Source of the DNA: Octopus sinensis
Taxonomy: Eukaryota
DNA: 64,000 bases
Direction: 5' to 3'
Assembly: GCF_006345805.1 (NCBI RefSeq)
Contig: NC_043000.1
Location: 128,712,001 to 128,776,000, forward strand
Shown one piece after another: positions 51,454 to 64,000 of this stretch. Each line of letters begins with the position of its first letter. The stretch's first letter is position 1. The notes beneath the pieces were generated by a model. That model was given only the letters and a program-made list of their open reading frames with translations, was not told where the DNA came from and did not search any database. A program made the position numbers and the translations under genes.

Positions 51454-52259
51454 TAATAATAATAATCGATCAGTATATATCCTAGAAAATCAGTTTGTCT
51501 TACAAGCATAAGGTCAGGGTTTAGCTTAATGGCGAGTAATATTTGAGGTGCTGCAGTGTCCCACAAAATGAATTGAAGACGTATATCTTACAAAAATACA
51601 GCTGTTTGTTATTTTCTAAGGTAACAATGGATATCAGTAGTATTTCATTTAAAATACTGACACTCAGGTAAAAACATAAGTGGCAGTACAGAGAAATAAA
51701 ATAATATTAGGCCTGGAACTTAGTAAGCTATTTATTGTAATATAATATAATATGATAGATACGTAATATAATATTGGTCAATAACCCCATTTTCTATGGT
51801 GATATGAAAAATTTAGATAACTATGTATTTCAGAGTTTACCTGCATTTACCTTTAACTGGAACAGTCTCGAGACAGATATTACGCAATAGATATGTATAA
51901 TAAATTAATTTTTCTTTTTGTGCAAAACACAATTCCAATATATCAGTAGATAAAAAAAACCCTATATTTTTATAAGATATCTATATAAATTCCAAAATAG
52001 TTTAGAATTTAAGTGGAAAAAGATAGATGGTGTATTTAATTTAGAAATAAAATAACAGAACGACTAGTGGTTTCTTTTTAATGGGACAAAGTAGGGTTTT
52101 ATATTAATTTGAACATGTCAAAGTAGAAAAATGACATCAAAGTGGTGACACGATATCACCCCTCAAAATTTTTTTTATAATTTTTTTTTTATAAATGGTC
52201 CGTCATCATTGAAGAACGTCTTATATACTCGGGCATTTTTTAAACTATCAAATACAGAA

Positions 52260-52382
<123 letters not shown>

Positions 52383-53444
52383 GCATGTATGTAAGAGTTT
52401 TTGAGTTAAGAAGCGGGTATAAGGAAGAACGGTGTGTGAGTGTGTGTTGGTGTGGTGTAAGTTTGTGTGTAGATGTGTGCAACTGTCCAAGTATGTTGGT
52501 GTTAATTTATGGGGATGGAGAATGTTGGTGTGTATGAATGTGTGACTTTTAGGTTGGTGTGTGTGAAAACGTGTCTGTAAAGCTGTGAAAGCCTGTGTGT
52601 CTGTGTGTGAATAAAGGTGTTGAAGAAACGATTTTGGAAGATGAGAGCAAAGTAGAAGGTGCTATACGTGTGCAAATGCATAAAGAAATCAGGTAGAAGT
52701 CGAAAGGCGTACTCCAAGTTTCATGTCTCCATTCATTCAGCTGACAATACAAACCTGTTGCCTAAAAAAAAAGAAGAAAAAACCTAGATGTTTGAGTATA
52801 TTTTCATATATTACATGAGAGTATGCCTCAAAACGTTTATTTTACTGATTTTAAAAGGCGTTTGAGTACTGTTATAAAAACGGCTATTTCGAGATCACTT
52901 TTCCTATTTCCATTTTGACTCTCATGAATATGTTTTTCATGAATTTTATTTATCGTTGTCTGCAGAATACAGAGATATTACTTCAAAATGATTCTTTTTT
53001 TAATTAAAATCCCATTCTTGTGTCAACAGGTCATTGAAAAATACTAATCTGAAAAGAATTACCACTTCGAAATAAACGTTTTCAGCAGAATCAGATCGAA
53101 AAAAAGTTGTTTAATTCCGTTTAAACAAGTTGGCAACAATTCCGTTCTGTTACTCAAATAACTTTAGTTTGGAGCAAATTTATTTTCTCACTTAAACAAA
53201 GGTCACATCACATTCATGATCTGAAGCTACCGTTCCTATAATATTCAGTTGTATCCACAACGGACAAATGATTTTGAATTCGTAAAGATATGTCTCGAGT
53301 AAGAACTAGTTACCCTTTGACAAAAGTCGAAGTATATTTATAGCGGGGCTCATAAATGAATATTTAAACTTATAGTATCAGTTTCTAAATCGAGTTGTTA
53401 CTGTTTATACTTTTGATATATATATACATATGCATATATACAAG

Positions 53445-53493
<49 letters not shown>

Positions 53494-53659
53494 GCGAGAA
53501 AGAACTAAAAACCTATCCATTCTTGTTGCTTCTTTCTCGCTTATAATCACCCCACATTACTGTATTGTTAAATCAGTATAGTTTTTTTTGGTGCATCTAA
53601 GTTAGGTACCATATTCAAGTAAATTCATTTAAATTAACTTGAATCTTTACTGCTTTTTG

Positions 53660-53734
<75 letters not shown>

Positions 53735-56211
53735 GCACACAGGCACACACGCACGCACAGACAAACACTCATGCATACACACACATGCGGTTATAGTATC
53801 TGTGTTTATTGAATTTGGTCGATTAAAACCAACACCTATGGCTACTTAAGTTTCCTTACGGGAAAAATCATCAAGCTGTCATGACAATCAAGCTGAAATC
53901 AGAGACAAACAATATTAAGAGAAGTCAGCACAAATACGATAGAATGACTGTTGTTTTGTCTAAGTGTAAAAATATTGTATTACTATTTTAAAATTATAGT
54001 ACACACAAATTTCTATATGTTTGTTTTGTTTTTACAAGAAACAATTGACAGGGACTTTGGAGTTTCGGTTCAGTTGCCTTTCAAATTTCTAAAATATTTT
54101 TGGTTCATTTTGTGGTTGAAATAGACGTCCCAAAGTAGATGTGGTCTAATAGTAATTTTTGTTGCATTTTATGGATAGTTTTATTGGATGATCAGAAATA
54201 TGATGTTGCGGAGGGAACTCTTCCTGTCCTTATTGCACTACGTTTTCCTTATCATTCCTTATTTCTGTAACTCAATTGAACTATCCACGAAGATGTTTCT
54301 TTACGTACTACAAAAATGCACTATTAAACTATATCTACTTTGAAACCATTATGACTTACCCACAAGATGAAACAAAAACTTTATTAGAAGCTTGAAAAGC
54401 CGAAAAGCCTAATTGTCTGATGAAGGCCATTGAACGGAAACTTCGGAGTCAGTGTCAACACTTTTTATGTTAAAATAAGATAAATGCATTACTCTACTTA
54501 AATGTATTGAGTGTTTCTTCAATTCATTTTTGACTGCTTTTATATATAGCTTTACATTTTGCAAACAAGCGTGCACGCACGCACGCACACACACTTGCAC
54601 GTGCACGCGTCTATCAACATAGTAAATTTTTTGATATTTCTTGTGGTCAATCGAATGGAGAATGTCAAAAGACCTTAAAATCAAAATCTATGACAATTGT
54701 ACACAGATACTGAGCCCCTGGAATCAGTTAACTAATCAACATGATAATGTGCTTAGTCAATATCATTCTGTCATTTCATTATATAAACGTTATGTTAGAT
54801 AACCACAGATCAACCATGATTGACCACTGTCAGCGACTAAAAGCATTCAGGGCATAGCTATCCCATCTGACTTTAATATTGTGTACATAGAGTTTTCGCC
54901 GTGTTTAAATAGTGTATATATGTGAAAGAGCATGGTCTAGAGGTTAGGGTGATCGGCTCAAGTTCGTGAGTTCAATTCCTGGATTGAGCGGTCGTTGTGT
55001 TTCTGAGCAAGGTGCAACATTTTAGATGTATTTCAGTCTATTCAGCTGAAAACGAATACCAGTCTCTCCCCTCCCCCTCTCTCTCTTCCTTCAGCTGTCA
55101 CTTTCTGGATCTGCCGCGGGGTCAAAAGTGGGAGTATTGGGAGGATGTCTACGTCTGCTTGCTTCTACATAGGTACCCAAAGCAATGAACGAAAGCATGG
55201 TACATGTTACCTAGTCGTACTCGCACACAGATGACGGTTGGCTCTTTATTGTATATAGGATTACATTATCCAGTGTTTCTTTTCTTTTTTTTCAGACGGC
55301 ACAATATCACTTTTTACAGGTTGAGCAACCGTCATTTACAAAGTAAATCATCAAATGTACTCCGGACATGATTTTCCCGTTTTTGTTCTTTTTTATATCA
55401 GTCACTACATTGCCTAAATCTTTTATTTGTTACGACGTTTGGGTGCGAATGGAGAGACATTCGGTTGCTATTTCTAACAGGTTGGGCAACGTCGTAGAAG
55501 CACCTTCGTTGGCTCGTATCTTAAGTATTTCTTCCAAAGGTAGAATGGAAACATATATTAAATACCTGAAAAGCTAATAATAAAAAAAAAACCAAACGAA
55601 GGAAAATCGAATACTTTATAATTTCAAATTTTAGCACGAGGCCAGCACTTTCGGGGTGAGGAGTAAGTCGATTACAACGGCCCTAAATCTCAACTGGTAC
55701 TTATTTTTGGAACACTTTATAATTTCAACAGTTTTACAGTTACATTTGCATGCGCAAATGATTCAACTGAATGTAAAATTTTGCTGAAATTATTGTTACT
55801 GTTTAGCCTCAGGCCAGCCAAGTTTGAACTGACTGTGATCAGAGACGTTTAAGCTGTGATTATTTCACCCTGTTCTCTCTCTCTCGTTTTATCTTTGCAG
55901 AATAGTGTATTTAGGACTGCATTTCTGTGCCCTTCATTCATTTTAACACAGTCGATGTGATTTGAGGGAAATATGGCTGCTGACTCAAGCACCTGCATAG
56001 AGTTACCTCAAATCTCAGCCTACCTCATATATATAAAAGGGAGTAATTATCTTTAATGATACGGGCATACTGCTACACTTGCGTATACATATACATAAAC
56101 ACATACCTACATGCATGCGCATAAACATACATACAGACATAAATGTAAGTATAGCCATGTCTATCTTTTCCCCTACTTTTCTCTCATCGCTTACTCTCTC
56201 TCACTCACTCA

Positions 56212-56259
<48 letters not shown>

Positions 56260-57546
56260 CTTGCTCAACACTTATGTAGCTTTCTGTTTTTTAAGTGATG
56301 CTCTCTATTTCTATTTTCTCCCGAGTTCCCCCACCCCTCTCTCTCTAGCTCTATTCTAACTCCCTTTTTGCCCATCTCTTGTTCTCTCTTCTGTATGTCA
56401 CTCTCTTTATCTGCCTTCTGCGATTCTCACTTTGTCAATCACTGTCACATTGCTGCTTCTCCCTCTTTGTCTTTCCTCTTTCTCTTTATCCCTTTCTTTC
56501 AGACTTACATATACACTTACTCTCTCGTTTTTCACTCTCACAAACTATCTCACACTTTCTCTCGTTCTTCTCGTTTCCTTTCTCACTTATATTGCTTCCT
56601 CTCTCGTTTTTATATTTCTCATATTTTTTTCTCTTCCATATTTTTCTGTTTATCTGACTGCCCATCTCTCCCCTATCTTTCTCTGACACGATATCTTAAT
56701 CTCCATTCACTCAATCTTTCACTCATTGCCACTCTCTCATTCACAGCTCCTGCTGTACGTTCGCACCCGTCTCTCAGCCTTTTACTAACGAGAGTTGAGG
56801 TGCCGTTGTGATGCTATCGATTACTTCTCGCTTCTTCTGGCATAACTCCTCTCAGATGTAGCCATAGCAACAGACGCCCACTCACGCGCGTTTTCGCCAT
56901 ATTGTGAACATGGTGACATCGCTATTCACAGACAAAGACGTCGCACATACGAACACTCATGTACTTACACTAAAAGATGCACGCATACACACATGCGTAC
57001 AGCAAATCACGCGTATATAAAAACATTCATACTGAAAAACGTCCATAAATACATACATACCGTTACTACACATCCATCCTTCCATACATATATGCGTACT
57101 TATACATAGATATTCACATACATTAACACATATATACATACGCGCGCAGAATCACACACAAGCGCATGCGTACACTTGCATGCGTACATGACACATTCAT
57201 ACATATATCCATACAGACACATAGTTACACTTATATACATAAATATATTCAGGTAAATAACACACAAACACAGGAGTACACATACATTACATAAAAGCAC
57301 ACAATGATCTATACACATGTATATGTAAATGTATGTGTGTATGTATGTATGTATGTATGTATGTATGTGTGTATGTATGTATGTATGTATGTATGTGTGT
57401 ATGTATACACATACATACATACATACAAACATACATACATACATGCACATGTGTGTATACATACACACATACATACATACATACATACATACATACATAC
57501 ATACATACATACATACATACATACATACATACATACATACATACAT

Positions 57547-58050
57547 GCAGTTGTGGAAATTAGCTGCCCAGCTGATGTTAACATAAAGCTGAAGATCAGT
57601 GAAAAAGAGAACACTTGCGCTGAGCTATTGAGAAATCTGCAGTTACTCTATCCAGATTCCAAGTTCAGGTTTATACCTGTAATTAATGTGGACCCTGAGA
57701 TATGTAACTCACTGCCTAAATACCAATCTTGAGAAAGTAGGCTTCTCAAAACCAGAAAGGAGAAAACTGATTCGAAAACTACAGATCCAGTCCATTACTG
57801 GAACTGTAAAAATCTGTAAAACTTTCCAGAAGTTTAAGATTTAAATATATATGAGCACGTCTAGATATGCAACTATATGCATGAGAATACATAAAACAAA
57901 ACGAATCTGCACATATACTTACATACATACATGCATACATATAAAAATACCCTGTTATTGATGTTGAAATTCCAATGAAGGAGCCTTGAATCTAGGTTAG
58001 AATCGGCTCTTTCTCTATTGACAAGAAATCGTTAAATAAAACTGAATAAT
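57547..58050 (+). mobile_element. 3' remnant of an RLE-type non-LTR retrotransposon (R4/Dong-like), directly after (TACA)n
   Basis: VVEISCPAD.NI..K..EKE, L..LYP..KFRFIPVI and (frameshifted) NLEKVGF...GTVKICKTFQKF*, the PD-(D/E)xK RLE C-terminus pattern. Confidence 0.75.
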
Positions 58051-58529
58051 CTCGTAAATTCAAACATTAAGGATAAAAGAAATTTCACAGAAGGATGGCA
58101 ATGAAAAAATCACTCATGAGACGTTGACATGCTTATCTCTCATCAGTTATCAGCCAAAAGTCATCGCAATTTCGATAACCACGTCCTCAAATACTAACAA
58201 CCTGCAAGACGTATCAACGAGTGGGCCTCACTGTGGTCGCTCGATCTGCAAGAGGTGGTTGCCAAATCATCATCAAATCACCTCCTACGACCTAAGACAG
58301 AAATAGACGCACTGGATAATACAATTCCAGACACTCCTATAACGTCATGGCGGGTAAACTTTTGATTTCCCCAGATAGGATTGATTTTCGGCGATGCAAT
58401 AGCAACGTATACATACGTACATACATACATAAACACAAGCATATATACTTACATGTATGCATGCATACATACATACATACATACATACATACATACATAC
58501 ATACATACATACATACATACATACATACA

Positions 58530-58563
<34 letters not shown>

Positions 58564-58600
58564 CATACATACATACATACATACATACATACATACATAC

Positions 58601-58880
58601 ATGGTAATTGCCCTAGCTTCACAGATGATTGCCATCTCTCTGTGCTTCGTCGTTGTCACTGGCATTTCTGACATTCCGTCTATGACCTCTCAGATGACTA
58701 TTCAGTTTCGTAGTAAATTTTCAGTGTTTAAAATGTAGGTGACAGGCGAAATTGTAACTTCCACTGGATTGATCAGATCACATTATTGGAGATGAACCCT
58801 GTGAACCGCCATATGTTTCTTTAGTCCTGAAATCGATCTGCAATCTCTTCCATACACAATGCACATCGAATCATCCGGTT
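58601..58880 (-). mobile_element. Probable LINE 3' end with degenerate C2H2 fingers, followed by an (ATGT)n tail
   Basis: Frameshifted RCALC..GRDCRSISGLKKHMAVH and LNSHLRGH on the minus strand. Confidence 0.4.
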
Positions 58881-58886
58881 GTCTCC

Positions 58887-59031
58887 GTTTCCCCTACGTA
58901 TGTCGTTGTCTTGTTACTGCATCGTCCCTCTATACATCTTATACTATAGACTACATTTCTAGCTTTACAGCTTGTTTGTGGGCTAAATCTACATATAGTA
59001 CAGTACTTATCCGTACATGGGGTTCTACTAA
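58887..59031 (-). mobile_element. Third fragment of the same PLE family (GIY-YIG region)
   Basis: [49 protein letters not shown] differs from the 19.6 kb ORF at only a few residues. Confidence 0.92.
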
Positions 59032-59519
59032 AATATGTGTGTGCCTTCAAGTATGTAGGTGTATATATGTGTTGTTCATATATATAAGTGTAGAGTATTC
59101 TGAAAGGCTCTTCATTCTTGTACTTTGCATTACACATTTCCAATCATTCAGTTGGTAATCCGTTCCTGTTTTTCCTTTGAAATATATACTGAATATATTT
59201 TGAAAATATCATAAGAAATCTACGAAGTAAACACTTATCTTTATGTTCTTTTTCTTTAAGAAACAAATAGACACATTTTACTCTTTTACTTTTTACAGTC
59301 ATTGGACTACTAAAATTATCATTTAGTCAGGAATGAAGGCAGTACGCATGGACCATTATAGGGTCTACGAAACTAGTGGGCCTACGAAACAGGGCGGCGT
59401 TGAAGAAAAATGGAGCGATAACAGGGTAGCCAAATAGGTGATTTCTAGATATCAGTAATGAGGAGGAACTGGTTTCACTATAAAATGATATTTAACTGAG
59501 AATAGAACTGGTTGCACAT

Positions 59520-60010
59520 TGAGCTGTGGCTGAAGTTCAGAAAACCATGTCTGGATATTTGATTGTAAAAGGACATTTCTGGTTGCTACCTTGCAGTGTG
59601 GAACAAAGTCAAGATGTACTTTATTGCCTTCCTAACATAATATTTTGTAGAGTGGGGTCTCAGTACAGTTGGCCAGGTTCTTTTTAAGCAAAGAAACAAA
59701 ATGAAAATTATTGAACGTGGAAATCTGGGACTACTTCTCAGTACCTTTCAGCCAGATTTTGAAAAGCTGGTATCGCTGCTCAATGTTCAGCTGTCGCATT
59801 AAAAATACGAAAACAACGTAGTTACAGGTGGGATGTAAATTTAATCTTTCATATTGTAAAAACAACAAAGTGATGAGTTTATCAGGATAAGTTTTATTTG
59901 TTAAATACAGTTGTTTTGTATTTGCAGTAGAAAGAAATCTATTTTTGTGGTGATGTGAGAGTACGGCTACAATGGGATGGAGGAAGTCCGCAAACGTTTG
60001 GGAATCACTG
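59520..60010 (+). mobile_element. hAT (Charlie/Buster-like) transposon right end with decayed dimerisation domain
   Basis: Reads roughly LP.SYFVE.GFS.V..VL.KQRNKMKIIERGNLGLLLSTFQPDFEKLV...QLSH*; terminus GTTTGGGAATCACTG is the reverse complement of a CAGTGATTCCCAAAC-type TIR. Confidence 0.7.
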
Positions 60011-61059
60011 TGTTAAAAACATAGATGTATTTCTGTTCTTTCAGTTTGTTAATAATTTTCATTTTTCTTTAATAATTCTTTATATTTAGATTGAAACAAT
60101 AAGGTTACTTAAGTCCATTAACGTTGCAAAATCTTTACGGTATCACCCTCTCAATGAAGTGACTTGTTATTTCTGCATTTTGTTGTAGACAATAAGGATC
60201 ATAGAGATGATGCTATAACTAATAAAAAATGCTGAACCCTTGATTTTAATACTTTCAGCAACCAGTAACTGTTTTTAGTTTAAAATTAGGGTGCTCAATT
60301 TATACATAGATTTTACGCTAGTATTTTACTGCTAATAAAGCGTACATAGCTTATTTATCATTTTCTGGTAGAATTTTACATCAGATGGTATATATTTTAT
60401 CAGCCTATGTCTTTTTACCTAGTGTTATTTCGTGTTCTGTATTGTAACGTTCAGAAATTACTTGTAAACGCGTTATTAACTAATGAGAAAAAATGCTCCT
60501 GTGTCTGGTGAAGCAATTTGAGTCTTGAAGTTTACAACTATCATATTTACGCTAAAATTTGCATTTTAAATTACTGGTTTGGGTTACATTTCAAGGTACA
60601 TTTTCTGGTTTGATGTTGATGATAGGCCTTTTTATTCTGATGCATTTGTAGAATATTATGTTAGATTGTTGTTTGGTGCTGTGCTTTCTTGAATGATAGT
60701 TTAAAGAGGTATTTATCACGTCCACAGTTAGGGTGCATTTGGTTCGTGTACTCTACCATATATACGGTTTCTGTGCATTTTCTGGGTTTGTATCCATAAT
60801 ACCGTTGGTGATGAATTTATTTTTATAATTCAATAGATTGATCTGCAAACATGTTCCATTATACAGTATTGATTAATGTTTGTTTAATTATTTGGGTTTT
60901 CTTATTTTAAAGCGTCTTTTGTTATTGAAAGTGTAAAGGTTGAGCTAAGAAGAGATCTATATCTATGAGGATTTTCACAATACCTGTATATATCTTGCCA
61001 TTTGTTGGTGTATTCGTTATTGCTATGTTTGTAAATTTGAGGATGAAATTATTTACAGG

Positions 61060-61302
61060 GACGTCAACACACCAACATCAGTTGTCAAGCGATGGTAGGG
61101 GTACAAAAAGACACACACACACATACGCACACTCACACACATACATACGCACGTATATACGACGGTCCTCTTTCAGTTTCCGTCTAACAAATCCGCTGAC
61201 AAGGCTTTGGTCGGCTGCCCGAAGCTATAGAAGACACTTGCCCAAGATGCCATGGAGTGGTACTGAACCCGAAACCATGTGGTTAGGAAGTAAGCTTCTT
61301 AC

Positions 61303-61348
<46 letters not shown>

Positions 61349-61569
61349 TCTTTACTCTTCTCTTTTACTCTTTTACTTGTTTCAGTCATTTGACTGCGGC
61401 CATGCTGGAGCACCGCCTTTAGTCGAGCAAATCGACCCCGGGACTTATTCTTTGTAAGCCCAGTACTTATTCTATCGGTCTCTTTTTGCCGAACCGCTAA
61501 GTGACGGGGACGTAAATACACCAGCATCGGTTGTCAAGCAATGCTAGGGAGACAAACACAGACACACAA

Positions 61570-61600
<31 letters not shown>

Positions 61601-61772
61601 CATGTATACGACGGGCTTCTTTCAGTTTCCGTCGACCAAATCCACTCACAAGGCATTGGTCGGCCCGGGGCTATAGCAGAAGACACTTGCCCAAGATGCC
61701 ACGCAGTGGGACTGAACCCGGAACCATGCGGTTGGTTAGCAAGCTACTTACCACACAGCCACTCCTGCGCCT
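61060..61772 (-). mobile_element. Two SINE family B copies (61060-61300 partial, 61350-61772 complete)
   Basis: Reverse complement of the 44531-44950 consensus. Confidence 0.88.
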
Positions 61773-63001
61773 ATATATATAATATTATATTAAATTAGAG
61801 ATAAAACCACTATTAGGCAAATCAATATAATATTATAATATATATATATATATATTTATACTACAAAATTAGATTTAATCCTGAATCTAATTTTTCCCTG
61901 GAAGTTGGATTTACTCCCTAATATTATATATATATATATTATATATAATATATATATATATATATATTATATATATTATATATAATATATATATATAATA
62001 TATATATATTAGGGAGAGAGAGAAAGAGAGAGTGAATTAGAAGAATGTACCCTAGTATACGACTGACGCTTTATTTGCCAACCTTGGAGAGATGAAAACA
62101 AAGTTGACCACGGCAAGATTTAAATTCAGAGGAATGGAATAATTACCGCAAAGCTATCTAATCGACGCTCTAACGACCCTGTTGATTGGCTGCCTACTTA
62201 ATGGGTAATATAGTCTAAAATTTAAAAAAAAATGAATAAAAGACCAGATGATGATAATGGACTTGCTTGATTAAGGTCGACTATGGGACCAAACAGCAAC
62301 GGCAGCAGCAGTATCAGCATTAGCTGTATCAGTGACAGTACTGGGTACGAGAGTTTGACACAGAAAGTCAATTGTAGGTAACTAGTTCAGATGAGTATCG
62401 GCCGTTGTAGTAGCGGTAGAATAGATAGAAAGAGAGAGATTGTAGAAATATTCATGAATAAGTATTTGTGTTCTAGGATGCTTTTTTCATGCAACACCCG
62501 CAGCAACAGTAATAGCAGCAGCACCTGCAGAAATGTGGGAGCAGTATTCTGTTGTTTTTTCTTGATTTGTACAAAGGGTCAACAACTGATCATTGGTTAA
62601 ATATTTGGTAACCGTGGACAAGAAGGCTAGCGTTTGGAATGCAGATTTAGCTTATATTGCTATATACTTAGGGTGGTTTGGTAAACATCAGAGATTGTGA
62701 AGTGTAGTATTTCAAGCGATTGTGAAGGTTTTCATTGCTTGATGTCCACAACTAGATATACGATATGTGCCTTGTGATGCAATACTTATGTACGAATAAA
62801 TGTGGTATAGTCTGTTATGCTTGTTTATATATGGTCTGTGTGCATGTGTTTATATGTGTGTCTGTGTGCGTGTGTGTGCGTGCGTGCGAGTGTATATTTC
62901 TGTGCACGTAATTGCTTTGTGTAAACCAACCATTAAAGATAGTTTGTGTCCAAGAGTATACCTGTGTAAAGTCATGATAAGGATTACTACACATACACAT
63001 T

Positions 63002-63044
<43 letters not shown>

Positions 63045-63311
63045 CACACAAACACACACGCGCGCACACATACACACACACAAATACCCGATTGGAATCC
63101 CTCGTCACCGTGGAAGTTGTCCACCTGCTGGGGGATGGATATCCTATGCATGATGCGCTTAACGTGAAATATACTGTTACACACGGCACACCAGCTGTCA
63201 TCACATCTCGCTCGTAATTAGTACCATAAACTGGATCCATTGCCATGACTGGTGGTTTCTGTCGTCTTTGGTCGAAATGTGAGAACCCAGCGGAAGTGGT
63301 TGGCTGTAGAG

Positions 63312-63814
63312 CAGGGGTGGGGAAAGCCCCGCCCTCGAGCCCATTCTATTGCGCCCGCAGGCTGGTATACTTGTATGTAAAAATATAGTAAATTTTTCAA
63401 TTATAAAATTTATACAATATTCGTATGCCTATTTGCGACATAGGTCACGTTTCCATCACGGCTTAAAACGGTTAGACTCAAATAGAAATTGTCCGGTAAA
63501 TGCCACTTGAATGGACATTTTGTTTTCACTATAAAACACATATTGCTAGGTTTGTACCACACCCTTGAGACCCAACTACACTCTAGCTGAAAAATATAGG
63601 ATACCTCATAAGTAGTATAAACGTCCTAAATTCAGTGGCGGTGTTAATGAAGATGTTACGCGTTAATTTAATGTCTTAAACTTATCTTTATTACTGTGTC
63701 TCGAATTATACATAGATATATACAAAATTTACAGATATAAGAGCTTGTGATCCGTTTACGGACCTTTTTCTTTGGAAATTTTTGCCCGCTGCACTAAAAA
63801 GTTTCCCCACCCTG
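63312..63814. mobile_element. Non-autonomous hAT MITE with 8-bp TSD CTGTAGAG
   Basis: CTGTAGAG|CAGGGGTGGGGAAA ... TTTCCCCACCCTG|CTGTAGAG; the TSD resembles the Charlie preference NTCTAGAN. Confidence 0.92.
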
Positions 63815-64000
63815 CTGTAGAGCATGTCAATCAGACTATCTTTTACTTGTTTCAGTCATTAGGTTACACCTAAGCTGGGACATCGCCATGAAAGATTTAA
63901 TTGAACAAACCCACACTGGTACTTATTTTCAAGTCTATTGCTTATTTCATTGGTCGTTTTGGCCGAACCGCTAGTTTACAAGAACGTAAACAAAACATCA

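Overview
This is an AT-rich, microsatellite-dense eukaryotic window made up almost entirely of transposon debris. The repeat repertoire looks like a coleoid cephalopod, most likely Octopus; this is inferred from recognising the SINE families and was not searched. No host protein-coding gene could be established, only a few low-confidence micro-exon candidates. Nearly all short ORFs in the track are microsatellite artefacts. Recognisable coding remnants are a Penelope-like element (RT + GIY-YIG) as a ~4.6 kb head-to-head inverted pair with a hammerhead-like motif in each arm, several L1/Tx1-clade LINE copies with microsatellite flanks, CR1, RTE and RLE-type (R4/Dong-like) LINE fragments, and mariner and hAT transposase remnants. 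Non-coding elements include hAT and GGATC-TIR MITEs, Helitron/Helentron-like elements and at least four tRNA-derived SINE families. The most interesting signals are the PLE palindrome, non-canonical minimal hammerhead motifs, and several unrelated retroelements sitting in simple repeats. I found no evidence for a wholly new multi-gene system.
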